NCBI GenBank assembly: GCA_951406725.2
Contig: OX597816.1
Location: 5,084,001-5,148,000 of the forward strand
Reading direction: 5' to 3'
DNA from: Octopus vulgaris
Taxonomy: Eukaryota
Length of the DNA stretch: 64,000 nucleotides
Shown: piece after piece, positions 26,904-41,043 of the stretch
Position numbering within the stretch: the first letter of the stretch is position 1
Layout of the letters: every line of letters begins with the position of its first letter
Notes under the pieces: model-generated
Databases searched by the model: none
Told to the model about the DNA's origin: nothing
What the model saw: the letters and a program-made list of their open reading frames with translations, nothing else
Made by a program: the position numbers and the translations under genes

Positions 26904-27659
26904 ATTTCACAGCACAAATAATTTTCAGGTTGGTCATGAATTAGAAAGTTTCAATAAGTCTACACAATTGAAAGAATAATTCTGTAATATTCATAAATAG
27001 TTGATTACAAAGTTCTGTACTTAACTTGCCAAGACTGGAGAAAATATGCACGTCGGATTCATATCGGCCAACTATAATAACATATCAAGGTTGAGTAGGA
27101 GCCGTAAAAACGACTTTTATAAACAGCAAAAGAGCGTGTGGAGCTGAACGCGGGTCTCCACACATTAAATGTCGGTGCTAAAAACATGCTTTTTTATAAA
27201 CCTTGTACCTGGACGTTCCAGAAGGGGCGAGAATAATAATCTATCACGTGAAGTTTCGCTGTTGATTGCTTCATAACTGGGCCTCTCACATGAACAAGCT
27301 GTTGCTATGCCGTGATTTAAACTTCGCCAACAGACGACTCGGTTTAGTGTCTTTTACAAAAGTTTATTTTTTCCAATCGTTTCAACGAAAAAATATACGG
27401 AAGATTGCACAAAGAATCTTCTAGACTAAATGGTGTGGTAGCTTCAAGTTTACAGGTTAAAAACAGATGTTAGCAGATATGGGTGTGTAGTTAAGAAACT
27501 CGCTTAACAATTACATGGTTAGGAGTTCAATCTTAGCGCACTGTACCTTGTTCAAGACCATCTACTACAGCCGTGAATTGACTTATGCCTTGTAAGTGAA
27601 TTTGACAGAAGGAAACTACTCCTTCGAACTCACTATTAACCCTCGAGTATGATAAATTA

Positions 27660-27842
27660 TTTTCTACTCTAGGCACAAGGCTCGAAAATTTTTTTTTGTG
27701 GGGGGGCAGTCGATTGGTACAACCCCGAAAGGAAGAAAGCAAAGTCAACCTCGGCGGGATTTGAACTAAGAACGTCGCGACAAACGAAATACTGTTAAGC
27801 ATTTCTTCCGGCGTGCTAACCATTTTGCCAACTCGCCGCCTT
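27660..27842 (-). mobile_element. SINE-A (alternative 3' end)
   Basis: Head gccaactcgccgcctt, core, and ggcacaaggc-type tail as in the 4358 and 42107 copies. Confidence 0.8.
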
Positions 27843-28219
27843 CTCGCGTATTATACGCGGTATGGAGAGCGTAGAGCTGCCACAACCGTTAGCGCTTTCG
27901 GCAGCAAGCTTGACGTCATTTCTTCTGTGTTTTTTTAAAATATTTTGTTTGAATTCAAACGAGGTCGACTTTATCTTTCCTAAGGTGATAAAATAAGTAC
28001 CAGTCATATAATGGATAGAGGTAATCAATTAATCCCATCCCCATAATTTTCTACCTTTTTCTAAAAATTATAAATGGCCAACACCCTTGAATGATGAACG
28101 GTATTAATCCTTCCTTCATTCGAAATCATCTCACTTACGCAGCCAATGAAAAGATCATGAACGCCACAACATCCCATTTTACTCCTCCTAAACAATTTTT
28201 CTACACATATTTGTCTTTT

Positions 28220-28447
28220 TTTTTTACTTGTTTCAGCCATTAGACTGCGATCATGTTTGAACATCACCTTGGAGAATTTTTAGTCGAATGCATCGACCCC
28301 AGGACTTATTTTTTAACGTCTGGTACTTATTCTATCGGAACTTTTTTGCCGAACCGCTAAGTTATGGGGAATAAACAGACCACCCCGGGTTGTCAAACGG
28401 TGGTGAGAGAGGGAAAACACAAACATAAAGACATACACAGATAAATA

Positions 28448-28515
<68 letters not shown>

Positions 28516-28655
28516 GACGGACTTCTTTCAGTTTCTGTCTATCAAATCCACTCGCTCTGGTAGAAGACATTTTCCCAAGGTGTCACGCAATGGGACCGAA
28601 CCCGGAACCAAGGGATTAAGAAGCAAGCTTCCTATCACACAGCCACGTCAGCGCC
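28220..28655 (-). mobile_element. SINE-B with internal (TA)n
   Basis: Colinear with other SINE-B copies. Confidence 0.85.
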
Positions 28656-29602
28656 AATAAATGCAAGACGAGTCGTCCCTACCCTCATAGTTTATTTGAA
28701 TACAATTCCTGCTTTATATTCTACTTCACTCTTTTCCTATTTCCCACATTGAACACAAGCTTCAGGTTTGCAAATTATAAAACTGTGAATATAATTTTTA
28801 CCCTATTAATTTTATTCAATTTCCTTTAAAGCAAGAGAGATGAATACAAATTAGCTAATTGCTACTAATTACAAATTAGGCGTGCAAATTATTAGCTCAC
28901 AGATATGAACTCAAGGCTGTTTTGTTTTTGTTTTCGCTATTTCAGTTTAATTCTATGCATTTGTACGAGTGGGTTAAGCCAGAAAATAATAAATAAACAA
29001 ACGAATTTTAAAATGGAGAAACTAAAATGGATATGAAATAATATAACAATTTTTTCGCGAAAATAATTACATTAGGACGGCATCTTGAGATTTATTTGTA
29101 ATTGCAGGAAAAAATATATATAACCACCCAAGTGAGTGTGTTTTGTGTGGGGAGTGCATGTGTGTATATTGCGTGGTGCTATGCGTGTTAAACATTACAA
29201 CATATGTGGTAAGATGCCATTGGATCAAGACAGACCACGAAACAAATTGAGTTTAGCGTCACACTTGAAGCCAATGCGGAGACATCGCACGAGGAAGATG
29301 TAAAAAAAGAATTTAAACTAATTTACGCGTAAATGAGTGGGACACGTAAATATTTGGCTTTAAAGGTTAGACTCTTGCATACATGCACACACGCACACAC
29401 ACACACAGACCACCATAATTATGGTGATAGGTGTGTGTGTGTATATATATATATATATGTATATATTATATTGTATACATATATATATATATCATATATA
29501 TATATTATATATATATTTCATATAAATATTATATATATCATATAGATTATATATATATATTATATATATTATATATATTTTATATATATATAATATATAA
29601 TA

Positions 29603-29683
<81 letters not shown>

Positions 29684-29684
29684 G

Positions 29685-29770
29685 TGTTTAACATTGTCCC
29701 AAAACTGATCAAAGAGGAAAAGGACCCCATCAACTTTAAACGGAGTCTGGACAAATTTCTTCAAGGCATA
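29685..29770 (+). mobile_element. CR1-group LINE fragment
   Basis: FNIVPKLIKEEKDPINFKRSLDKFLQ, homologous to 36350-36435. Confidence 0.7.
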
Positions 29771-29904
29771 CTGGGCCTGGACCAATCTTTCTGTCCGGTT
29801 TTATACCTAAACCCGTTACTAGTTTCATATGTGTAATTAATCAAATTAATTATGAATTTCTTGTTGAACACTTTATGTTAACGGTGAAGTCACATATTAC
29901 TGTT

Positions 29905-30150
29905 GTGTGTGTATGTGTGTGTGTGTGTTTGTGTGTCTGTGTTTCTGTGTGTCTGTTTTTGTCCCCCATCATCGCTTGACAACCGATGCTAGTTTGTTTA
30001 CGTCCCCGTGACATAGCGGTTCGGCAAAAATGACCGATAGAATAAGTACCAGGTTTACAAATAATAAGTCCTTGGGGGTCGATTTGCTCGACGAAATGTG
30101 GTGCTCCAGCATGGTCACAGTCAAATGACTGAAACAAAAGAATAAGAATT
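29905..30150 (+). mobile_element. SINE-B 3' half
   Basis: cgcttgacaaccgatgct..gtgctccagcatggtcacagtcaaatgactgaaac. Confidence 0.88.
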
Positions 30151-30969
30151 AAGAATTTCTATTTTGGAAAGAAACCCTAAAAAATTTACCTTTCACTGTA
30201 ACAATTTATATAATCCCCCCCCCCCGTAGATACAATACGGTTCTAAACATAGAAACCCTCAAGTTTTGCGCCAAATCGGTGTTCCCTCTTTGGTTAGAGC
30301 CATGACAGCTCAAAGACTTTGGCTCTCCATCCTTTACTCCTACGATAATGACTATTTTTAAAAAAATATTATTATTCAATAGTTTCCTTTCAGTTCATGA
30401 TTTTATTTTCTAGAGAAACGCTTTCACATTCTGATGCAGGTCCAACATTTTCGGCTTCCTTTTAAAGAAAGTAAATATCTTTTCTTTGGTGGGGCAGTAA
30501 ATACTGAGAGATGAGCAAAGAGGTTTGAGCTTCTTTTTGTCTTTTATTATCTTTTAATGCTTCTCTTAATTATGGTATAACAAATTTGCCGCACAAGGAG
30601 GCATTGTATCTCGTCCATGTTTTATTTTTTGTAATCTCATTTTATATTATCTCTTAAGACTTTTGCAAATTTTTGCGTAACAAATCTCATTTTCATTTCA
30701 CATTTAAATAAGCTTCGATATCGAATGAAATCGAAGACATGAAGCCACAAGAAAAGATATGACTGAGACGATACGAGCAAAGGACGAGGGCAGAATACAG
30801 ACATGAAATGAAGAGGACATTCAAGATGAAACCGACGGATGAGAAGAGACAGCATGACGAAGCACGAACGAGAAGGATGACTGCGGTGTCGAAATGGCCG
30901 TCAAGAGATATGAAGGAAGGACATAGACGTTGTATAGCAGGTTAATTATAAGTGACAACAAACAGAGAG

Positions 30970-31000
<31 letters not shown>

Positions 31001-33280
31001 TGCGAGCAAATAGAAAGAATATAGAACAGCAAACATTGAGATAGGAATTGACTGCTACGAGAAATCCTGAACAGAAAAGATTTGCTTGATTTGAGAAATA
31101 TTTTAAGACAACATCGGAGACAAGTTGACGATCCTGTGACATGACTTGCAGTCAAACGAGAGAATATTGGATGAAAAAGATTAACCATGTCCTAACGCTT
31201 TGAGGTTCAGAAGTGAGACTCTAAACTGCGATGGGTTTATTTCTCTTTTGCAATTTTATTTTGAGGAATTCAAATTACTGTTTGGTACGAATCATGTCGA
31301 CGTTTGTAATTTCGGAAAATAAAAGACTCTAATTATAATTTCACGGTTTCTTTTACTTCGTTTGGTGCAAATATTACTGCTCATCAAAGAAAGGGACCTT
31401 ACTTTTTAAGAATTCAAGGAAAGACACACCTTTCTACTTCTGTTCTGCACCCAGAAAATATCACCAAATTTCTGATCAACTACTTAACAGAAACACCTCT
31501 AAATGCAAGACGTTTGTCTAATGAGAAGAACTTGATAAAAGAAATAATATAAAAAAATATGTTTAGAAGAGTTGCAATAAAGGGTGCCAAAGATAAATTC
31601 CTCTATAGATTTTTCGGGTAAGCAGACACTATATTTTTATAGGGTATCTCGTCAATGCAGGTCTACTCTTTTTGAGCTGAATCAAACGTTCATTGTAAAA
31701 TTGTCCTTATTAGCAGTCTGGTGTATGTTCTCTATACGACAGACTGCTAGTCTAGTATTCTTAATCTACCCGGTATCTTTCTCTTTGTCTTCATATACAT
31801 TGTTCGAAACATACTCCAGTCCTTGATTTGTTATTTCAAAGACTGTGAACTACGGATACTTCAAGGCAGAATTGGTATATTATCGACAGGTATACGACAA
31901 GCAACTTCGGACCGAAATTTGATTTGTCTCCAGTTTTGAAGCCCACCCGTATTCTTTCATATGACATATTCCTATCGTTCCAAATATCATCAACCGTTTC
32001 CTTTTGCTGGGTTTTTTTATGATAGCATAATAGAAACACCCTAAAATGTCTTCTTCCCTTTCCGTTTTGTTTTCATTTTTTTTACTTGGGATCCTCCCGC
32101 CCCATCGTTCCTTCATCAAGTATGATGAAGAAACATTTCTGATATTTGCCATGAGATTTTGGTCATCGGTTCCTGGCAACCAGGACGAAGCGATTTCTTC
32201 CACTCAGAACTGAGACGAGTGCTACTCTAGAATCCAACAGGCCCTGTGACTTGCTTTTACTATTGCTGTCTCGCTATTGTATTCTCTTTATCTTCCTCTT
32301 TGGTCGTCTTGCAGAAAACCTTCAAGAAGCTCCAACTCCCATTATTATGTTACAGAAGAGGTTTCTGTCCAGCCCCACTACACTTATTACCTTTCTATCT
32401 GAAACCGCAATGGAGATCCTCTCCTGAGTTGCTTTGTGTTCTGGTGTCATCAGAACCTTTATTCACATGCAAACCTCACTCAGTTACAAGAAGTCTAATG
32501 CTACCTCGAAGCTCATTCCTTGCACAAACAGCACCACAAAGTCGAGCTAATGGTCAACATTTCCCCCATGTGTTAAGACACAAAACTATAGGCTCATGTG
32601 TCGTGCAACAGTTCAGCCTGCTTTCTTGCTCTATTCTTATTTCGGAACTTTGGACACACATCAGTTTGCTCTAATGTGTATTCTATCAATGACATTAAAC
32701 CAGATATCGTCTATGGTTACCTTAATTCCCGTTAAAAACGCAGGAAAACACACCAGGCTTTGCAAAGTAGAAGTCGGTCTTTATGGTTCACCTTTTCGCA
32801 CATTCGTCAGGTAAGTAGGTACAAGCTTTTGCACCGGAGCACTACCACGAATATTCATTTTGAATGGATTCCTACCGTGTGTGAAACCTCCTTTTGACTT
32901 GCACAGAAATATAACTTCCTACTTCTGTCATTAATATCGTACAAGTTATCGTACGTGAAAATGTGTGTTACGAGTGTTATGTCATAAAAAAAAACAATTT
33001 TGTGTAGCTTTTATAAAATAGGAAATTTTCGGGTATTAAAAAATTATTGCATTATTTTGTGAGTAAATTTGTATATTCAATATTATTCACTTTGTTATTA
33101 GCATGTCTTTCTTCTCCAGATGCTATATTAAAAAAAGTAGACTAAAGAAAAAATCTCAAGAAAAAAATGTCTAAAAGCGAAACTTTCCGTCTGCTCATAG
33201 AACAGAAGTAGAAATCGATACGTTCAGAAGTCTGCTGATTCCGAAATAACACCAAGCCGCGCGAACATATATATATATAT

Positions 33281-33425
33281 ACCGGAGTAAACACATAAAT
33301 GTGAAACAAGGTGGAAAAAAGAGTACTCAAATACCAGTGGTAGAGTAATATGCTTTATTTAAAGCAGCAGAAAATTCAACAAAACCTGTTACTCTGAGTT
33401 TCCCGTTGCCGTTCGTCGGACAGTT
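33281..33425 (-). ncRNA. Repeat carrying a variant hammerhead-like motif (33386-33423)
   Basis: CUGU-CCGACGA-A-CG(GCAA)CG-G-GAAA-CUC(A)GAG-UA^ACAG; second copy at 37081-37118. Confidence 0.6.
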
Positions 33426-33593
33426 CTATATACATATATATATATATATATATAGAATATAATATAATATAATATAATATAATATAACATAAGGGTAAAT
33501 AATTATTAATTTAAAAAAAAAACACCAATTATTTCGGGTAGATTTCGGTATGTAAATATAACCATTATCGGTAGAAACTTTTTAAACAAGAGT

Positions 33594-33647
<54 letters not shown>

Positions 33648-34225
33648 CCGGGACATGGAAATAACTGGGTTGGTGTCCAGGCGCGCGGTTGGCCCTTTGG
33701 GCGTGGGAGGCCCCTCTGTTGTTGTTAGAACATCTCTCTAGGAGAGGAAAACTCTGAGTGAAAACCTGCGAAACAGTCAATATTCGATGATGTGGACAGG
33801 TTCTTCTTTTCGAGTTTATGTTGTCGGTGTTCAGAGAGTGGGACTGGATTTGTGCAAATCCTTTGCCCCACTATAAACAAAATATGCACAGGTATTGCAT
33901 GAAAAAGTAAGACTTATCGCAAAAATGGCTGGTCGTAGCGTTCGCATGTTTCGAACTTTCGATCAGGTGATGTCAATACTATATCACGAGTTTGCAGCCA
34001 TCAGCCATCATATATATATATATACTATTGAACCTTGGGAGGGGCATTATGCCGGTAATAATAAACACACGCACTGGTTCGGTCTTTTATTGATATTGTT
34101 AGGTTATGTTACTTTGCTAACAAATTTATCGCTCAGCCGTTTTTCACTAGTTTTTCAATGTTCAATAGTATTTCTTTCAACACAGGAAGTTACATCAAGA
34201 ATCTTGCAAACCAAATACAAAAATG

Positions 34226-34277
<52 letters not shown>

Positions 34278-34391
34278 GACTCAGTTGAATTAGGTACTTG
34301 AGTTGAAGCACCAAGTCAGTGCGGTATTATCCGGACACCTCCAAGTAAGGTGAATAAAATCAAAATAAGCAACAGGATATCAAGTAGTAAT

Positions 34392-34475
34392 GCAGTACGA
34401 CTGTTTCAGGCGGGTCCATTTAATTGAACAATGCAATCGATAAATTAAATTAATTGCAGTGCTATCTTCAGCTGC
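34392..34475 (-). ncRNA. Type I hammerhead motif with long stem II insert
   Basis: GCAG-CUGAAGA-(~57 nt)-GAAA-CAGUCG-UA^CUGC; same stem I and downstream context as 8299-8371; base of stem II is weakly paired. Confidence 0.62.
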
Positions 34476-35374
34476 CTAAATAAATAAATGAAATTTTAAC
34501 AAGTAGGACACATTAATATAATTTTTCTTAAATATATTAACAGAGCAAGAAGATGGAAGAAATTCATGTTGTCGCTATTGTAGCAGAGTGGCTAAGAATA
34601 GATTACAATTTCTTAGAATCGCATGGAGTATAATGGAGACATAGGGTTGTAATTCATTTCTAATTTATTTCTCTCTTTATCATCTAATAAACCTGAGACT
34701 AGAAGACTGTGTCTATTTTGAATAAAGAACAAGAGTGAGTTGACAGCTCATGGCTAGATGTGGTCATAAATATTATCATAGGTATCCCTATTCTCCAAGA
34801 GAAAGGAAATAAAACATTAGGAAGAGTCAATTTCATAGAAATAACTGTCTGTAATAATGAGGGGTGGCAGGGGCAGATTTTAAATCATGATGTTAATTAC
34901 CAGTTAAAGGGGCAAGACACTAAGAAACTTAAAGGGGCACAATGGGGGTAAAGTTTATAAACAGTATTATTATGTTGTATGAAATAATATTTAAGAATTC
35001 CAAAATGATATCATAACCAAAATAGCTAAAAGGTGTGTATATAACAATTATAAACATTAAAATACTAAAACGGAAGATTATGTAGAATCAATCTAATAGC
35101 AATTCTTGTAATTAATTAATTAATTATTAGGTGGTTTCTATAAAGACTGTTCCAGACACTTCCATATGGAATATCTGGAAAGACATACAGACTATCTATT
35201 AATTTTATGCCATGAATCAAAAGCGGAGAAATGAGATAATGGTAATATATAGACATATTTAAACAATATGCGGCATGCTAACGATTCGGGGTCGAAAAAT
35301 AAGTACCAGTTGAACATTGGTGTCGATGTAATCGACTCATACACACCTTCCACAAGCTGTCCTTGTAGCAAAAA

Positions 35375-35405
<31 letters not shown>

Positions 35406-35563
35406 TATCATTATTATTATTATTATTATTATTATTTTTTCTTCTTTCAAATTTGCTTCCATTTCTTGCCGAGTGTCTTCCCGACTCCTTGGGCAGAGAA
35501 ACTCATAGTATACATTGGTAGGCCATTAAACTAAACTCACTAGTTCGTTCATTTAAAAAAAAA

Positions 35564-35618
<55 letters not shown>

Positions 35619-36027
35619 TATTATTTATTATTATTATTTATTATTATTATTATTATTATTTATTATTGTCGGAAGAAGAAAAAAGAAGAATGCTATGAAC
35701 AATATAATAGATAACAGGCACCCTCAAGGTGAACATCTCTACATATGCTACATAGATAGTATGACACGCGTGTTTATATATGTGGGTGTGTGTATTTAAG
35801 TATGTATGTAGGTATACAAACATATATATAATGTATATACATGTATCTATATATATATATATAAGTATAATATATATATTACATATACGAGTATATATAT
35901 GTATATGTATATATACAAATATGCACACGTTTACATATATATGCATACATATACGTATATATTTATGCAATATAATGTGTATATCATAATCTACGTATAT
36001 ACATGTATATAAAGTACAAATATATAT

Positions 36028-36133
<106 letters not shown>

Positions 36134-36134
36134 C

Positions 36135-36602
36135 GATGGAGTCGACTAGAAACGCTCATGCTTTATCCCCTCCAACGCCGCCGAGGGCGTTACATCATCT
36201 GCATGTTATGGAAAGTATTCCATCAGCATTGCCCAAATGATGTTGGCATCGCCTTTAAGATACACCCCGTGTTATCTGCTCACAACATAAATCATACTTG
36301 TATCACAGAACAACAATACGGCACAATTATTCCACCTCAGTTGGTCCCGTTCTCTTTAACATTACACCAAAATACATTAAAGCAGAAACAGACCCTATAA
36401 AGTTCAAGACGTCTTTGGACAAATTCCTTCAAAAAATCCTGGATAAACTTCTTACACCCGGATATGTCTCTGCAGTCAATAATTCGCTCCTCGAATGGAC
36501 CATATTGTCCGATTCCTGATCTGAATGCCTGTGCCAGGTGGTGCTATTAAGTTTTAGACATGGCCTGCGCCAATACTAGCTGAAACCTATCAAATTATCA
36601 AA

Positions 36603-36604
<2 letters not shown>
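36135..36604 (+). mobile_element. CR1-group LINE 3' end, second family
   Basis: WSRLETLMLYPLQRRRGRYIICMLWKV..GPVLFNITP..FKTSLDKFLQKI..NNSLLEW; tail catggcc..gctgaaacctatcaaattatcaaa. Confidence 0.85.
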
Positions 36605-36634
<30 letters not shown>

Positions 36635-36649
36635 TCATATACGTATACA

Positions 36650-36843
36650 TACTGAGAATTTACAAAAGAATTTAATAAATAATGCAAAACAGGTGTATTA
36701 GTTTAACGCGCGGGAAGTGAGAAAGTCTTTTATGTTTCGAGCCTATGCTCTTCATCAAAAAGGAATACAGAAATAAACAGGGAGAGAAAATAAAAAAGGT
36801 TTAGTGGCTAACGATCTATCATGACGAATGCCGGACAGAGGGA
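36650..36843 (-). mobile_element. Penelope-LTR-like repeat with a mutated hammerhead (36727-36762)
   Basis: CUUU-uUGAUGA-A-GAGC(AUAG)GCUC-GAAA-Ca-UA-AAAG; homologous to 47585-47775. Confidence 0.7.
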
Positions 36844-37080
36844 TCCTATATATATATATATATATATATATACCGGAGTATTTTATTCAATGTAAGGTTT
36901 TTCCTCGAATTTTATAATTTTTATAATCTATATATATATATATTTTGAGCTCATCTTTGTTTATCGCTCGAAAATTGACCGTTATTTCTAAAGGGCCAAT
37001 CAAACAAGTCCATTTTTTAAAGGTTTAGCGTTTGTAATAGTCTGGATAGAATTGACATATCGGTTCCATTCTAGCAAAAA

Positions 37081-37118
37081 CTGTCCGATGAACGGCAACG
37101 GGAGACTCAGAGTAACAG
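37081..37118 (+). ncRNA. Variant hammerhead-like motif, GAAA mutated to GAGA
   Basis: CUGU-CCGAUGA-A-CG(GCAA)CG-G-GAgA-CUCAGAG-UA-ACAG. Confidence 0.5.
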
Positions 37119-37143
37119 GTTTTGTTGAATTTTATGCTGCTTT

Positions 37144-37175
<32 letters not shown>

Positions 37176-37301
37176 ACACACAAAATATGTGTAGTTTACA
37201 TATGTATGTATATTGGCATATACATATCCCACCATAGGTATTCAAAAGAAAAGCACCACCTGCCGCACTAATGGCCTTACATAGATATATGCATGCCATA
37301 T

Positions 37302-37339
<38 letters not shown>

Positions 37340-37377
<38 letters not shown>

Positions 37378-37570
37378 TACACACATATATGTATGTATAT
37401 ATATGTGTGTGTGTGTGTATGCATATAAATATATGACATGCCATTATGTATATGTATATATACACATATATATATAGATATACACACAAATATATACACG
37501 CACGCAGACACATATATATATATATACATTTATATATGTGTGTGTATATATATGTATATATATTTACGTG

Positions 37571-37601
<31 letters not shown>

Positions 37602-37930
37602 ATGTATATAAATATATGACATGCCATTATGTATATGTATATATACACATATATATATAGATATACACAAATATATACACGCACGCACACACACATATAT
37701 ATATATACATTTATATATGTGTGTGTATATATATGTATATATATATACGTGTATGTGTGTGTATGTATATAAATATATGACATACCATTATGTATATAGA
37801 AACATATATATATATAGATATACACAAATATATACACGCACGCACACACACATATATATATACATTTAAATATGTGTGTGTGTATATATATGTATATATA
37901 TACGTGTATATATACACACATACGCATGCA
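37340..37930. repeat. Higher-order repeat of compound TA/CA microsatellites (~170-185 bp, three units)
   Basis: Marker tataaatatatgacatRccattatgtatat recurs at ~37425, ~37606 and ~37767. Confidence 0.85.
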
Positions 37931-39060
37931 CGTGTGTGTGGCATAGGAGGAAGCGTCCACCCACGGTAACGCATTCACTATCACCGACATATTTGAATGG
38001 ACTCATTCAGTTACAAATAGTTTTAAGTCATACAAAACATGACAATCTTCGATCTCTTTTTTTCTTCTTCTTATTGTTTGTTGGTTTTTTTTTACTAAAG
38101 AAAACTCTGATGCTTTAGCTTTATAAAAAGTTCGCTGGAATAAAATAAAGAAAAAAAAAACCGAAAATCAAGACTTCTGTTTTAAATTTATTTTATGTTA
38201 TCATGTGCGTATTGTCGCCATTATATTCACATCACTTCATGTTACTATCAGCTTCTATACTACAGACCCGCATGTCATTCAAACGATTTTTTTTACCTTT
38301 TTGCTAACACCTTTATTCCACTTTTTCTTCTTTTGCATAATTTTTTTCTCTCTCATTGTCGTAATTCTTATATTTGCTTCGAATTCTCATACGTTTTTAT
38401 TTCTCTTCTTGTTTTTCTTTTCTCTATTTTTTTTTCTAATTCGCAGTATGTTCAGTCATGTATCATATCAAAAAACACAAAAAACACTTCTGCTTGAAAG
38501 ACTCAGCCCTGTATTTTCTCTCTATCTTGTTTTTCTCTCAAAGCATTCGCTGTTTTCTCACATCAGACACACTCGTTACAAGTGGTAAACAAATATCATA
38601 CAAATCTAAGTTAAAAGTTAACTTATCTCATTTGTAACCAATGGAATAAGCGAAGGAGATAGTTTTTATCAATTTTTTTCTCCTATCTATTTACAAATTC
38701 CTTTTATTTTCTTATCTTTGGAGTGGTGCAGTTTTAAAGTAGGTTGTAACATGCTTATAATCATAAAATATACATGACTGCATTTTGAAGCATCTTCTTT
38801 CTTCAGATCCAACAAAAGCATATAAGGATGTATGTGGGGAGGTGGGGGGGGTGACCAAAGATCTGATAACCAAAGACTGTCTACAGATAAACATATCAAC
38901 CAGTACAACATATGCACAGTTGTACCATCAAGGACAAAACCAAAACAACACCAGTTTTACTGTTTAGGAGATAAGGAAGATTTTTCCCCCTCACCCTAGG
39001 AGATAAAAAAGAAGCCGTGAAAGTGTGGATGAATACAAGAACGTCGATGCCCATCTAAAT

Positions 39061-39147
<87 letters not shown>

Positions 39148-39254
39148 TGTGTGTGTGTGTGTGTGTGTGCATTTATATATTTACGAAAATGCACCCAGGA
39201 GAGCGTTTATTTCCACTTGTAACTTGCGGTTTTTCTAATCTCTGGTTATCTTAC

Positions 39255-39560
39255 CATTTCTTGCTTGTTGCTAAGTTCAACAGTCTCAGACACACAGAGA
39301 GTGTTCCTAATGTTACACCAATATTTGTACGTATAGAATTTGACGAGTTGGTAATTTTTCCCCCTGTTTTCAAGTTTAAGCCGAAACTCGATCATCACAG
39401 ATCGAACGTCAAACATTTCGTTCTGGTGACTGAGGAAAGTCACGCGCCCGTGACAACGAAACACCGTGACTGCTGTAGTTTCTTCGCAAAGGATGGCACA
39501 GGTGTTACAAGATAGGCGGAAACGATCGCAATTCTATGGGAACTGGAATAGCTACGCCTT
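39255..39560 (-). other. Candidate first exon/promoter, ending in ATG|gtaaga
   Basis: CpG-richer unique sequence; caagaaATG|gtaagat gives a phase-0 donor compatible with the phase-0 acceptor at 15018; 5' boundary unknown. Confidence 0.35.
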
Positions 39561-39595
39561 GTATTGGAGTGTCAATCAGTGTCTACGTGATGGAA

Positions 39596-39981
39596 TATTT
39601 CTTTCTTTACTACCCACAAGGGGCTAAACACAGAGGGGACAAACAAGGACAGACAAACGGATTAAGTCGATTACATCGATCCCAGTGCGTAACTGGTACT
39701 TATTTAACCAACCCCGAAAGGATGAAAGGCAAAGTCGACCTCGACGGAATTTCTTTACTACCCACAAGGGGCTAAACATAGAGGGAACAAACAAGGACAG
39801 ACAAACGGATTAAGTCGATTACATTGATCCCAGTGCGTAACTGGTACTTATTTAACCGACCCCGAACGGATAAAAGGCAAAGTCGACCTCGGTGGAATTT
39901 GAACTCAGAACGTAACGGCAGACGAAATACGGCTAGGCATTTCGCCCGGCGTGCTAACGGTTCTGCCAGCTCGCCGTCTTA
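39596..39981 (-). mobile_element. SINE-A with one head and two tandem bodies
   Basis: Second unit restarts just inside the B box (junction ~39750). Confidence 0.92.
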
Positions 39982-40349
39982 ATGTAGAGTCAATGAATCG
40001 CTGTAATAAAGCTTATGTTCTATGAAGGTGTAAATTTAGTTGCTTGATCATATCTTTAACCTTAGTGACATTAAACATCCTTTAAACATGGAAAAGAATT
40101 GATAAATACTAAAACATAAAATGGTGAGAATAGATTTTCCATTCAACAATTTTCAGATAAGGGACGTAGTCGATAAAATCGATCCTACGAAAGTAATATT
40201 TCGCTACAAAAGCGGAAATAATACTTGCATATTTACACACCTGTCCTTTCCTCGATTCTCAATTCACACCACAAGATAGCATTCCCTATAGATTTTCAAA
40301 TCTTCGTCTCTTTTTTTTTTTTGCACTATTTCTTTTTCCTACTTGCTTT

Positions 40350-40385
40350 TCTTCTGGTGAAGTTCTAACGCCTGAAACGTTAAGA
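40350..40385 (+). ncRNA. Degenerate hammerhead relic
   Basis: UCUU-CUGgUGA-AG..CU-GAAA-CG-UU-AAGA; context resembles the 36650/47585 family. Confidence 0.4.
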
Positions 40386-40567
40386 CACTCTCACTTATAA
40401 TTGAAGTGTTAAACTAATGCTAAAACTGTCAAATTTTGTTGTGATTTTTAATACCTATTGTCTTTATATTGCATATGTGTGTGTGTTTAGATAGATATTG
40501 AATGAGGCATAAATAAAGATTGTGAGATAGTAACGAATAAAGATGGAGAACTGAAAAAGAGGATGGA

Positions 40568-40617
40568 AGACAGACAGACAGGCAAGCAGACAGACAAACA
40601 GACAAACAGACAGACAA

Positions 40618-40705
<88 letters not shown>

Positions 40706-40733
40706 CTATATAGATAGATAGACAGACAGATAT

Positions 40734-40774
<41 letters not shown>

Positions 40775-40851
40775 CAAATATATAGATAGATAGACAGACA
40801 GACAGATAGATAGATAAACAGACAGACAGATATATAGATAGATAGACAGAC

Positions 40852-40890
<39 letters not shown>

Positions 40891-40951
40891 CAGACAGACA
40901 AATATATAGATAGATAGACAGACAGACAGATATATAGATAAATAGACAGAC

Positions 40952-41042
<91 letters not shown>

Positions 41043-41043
41043 C
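40568..41043. repeat. Compound (GACA)n/(GATA)n microsatellite
   Basis: Direct reading. Confidence 0.97.

Noticed and set aside
32704-32817. Plus-strand exon ending cag|gtaagt (similar candidates at ~26240 and ~48701)
   Set aside because: Weak partner splice sites, no coherent plus-strand gene model
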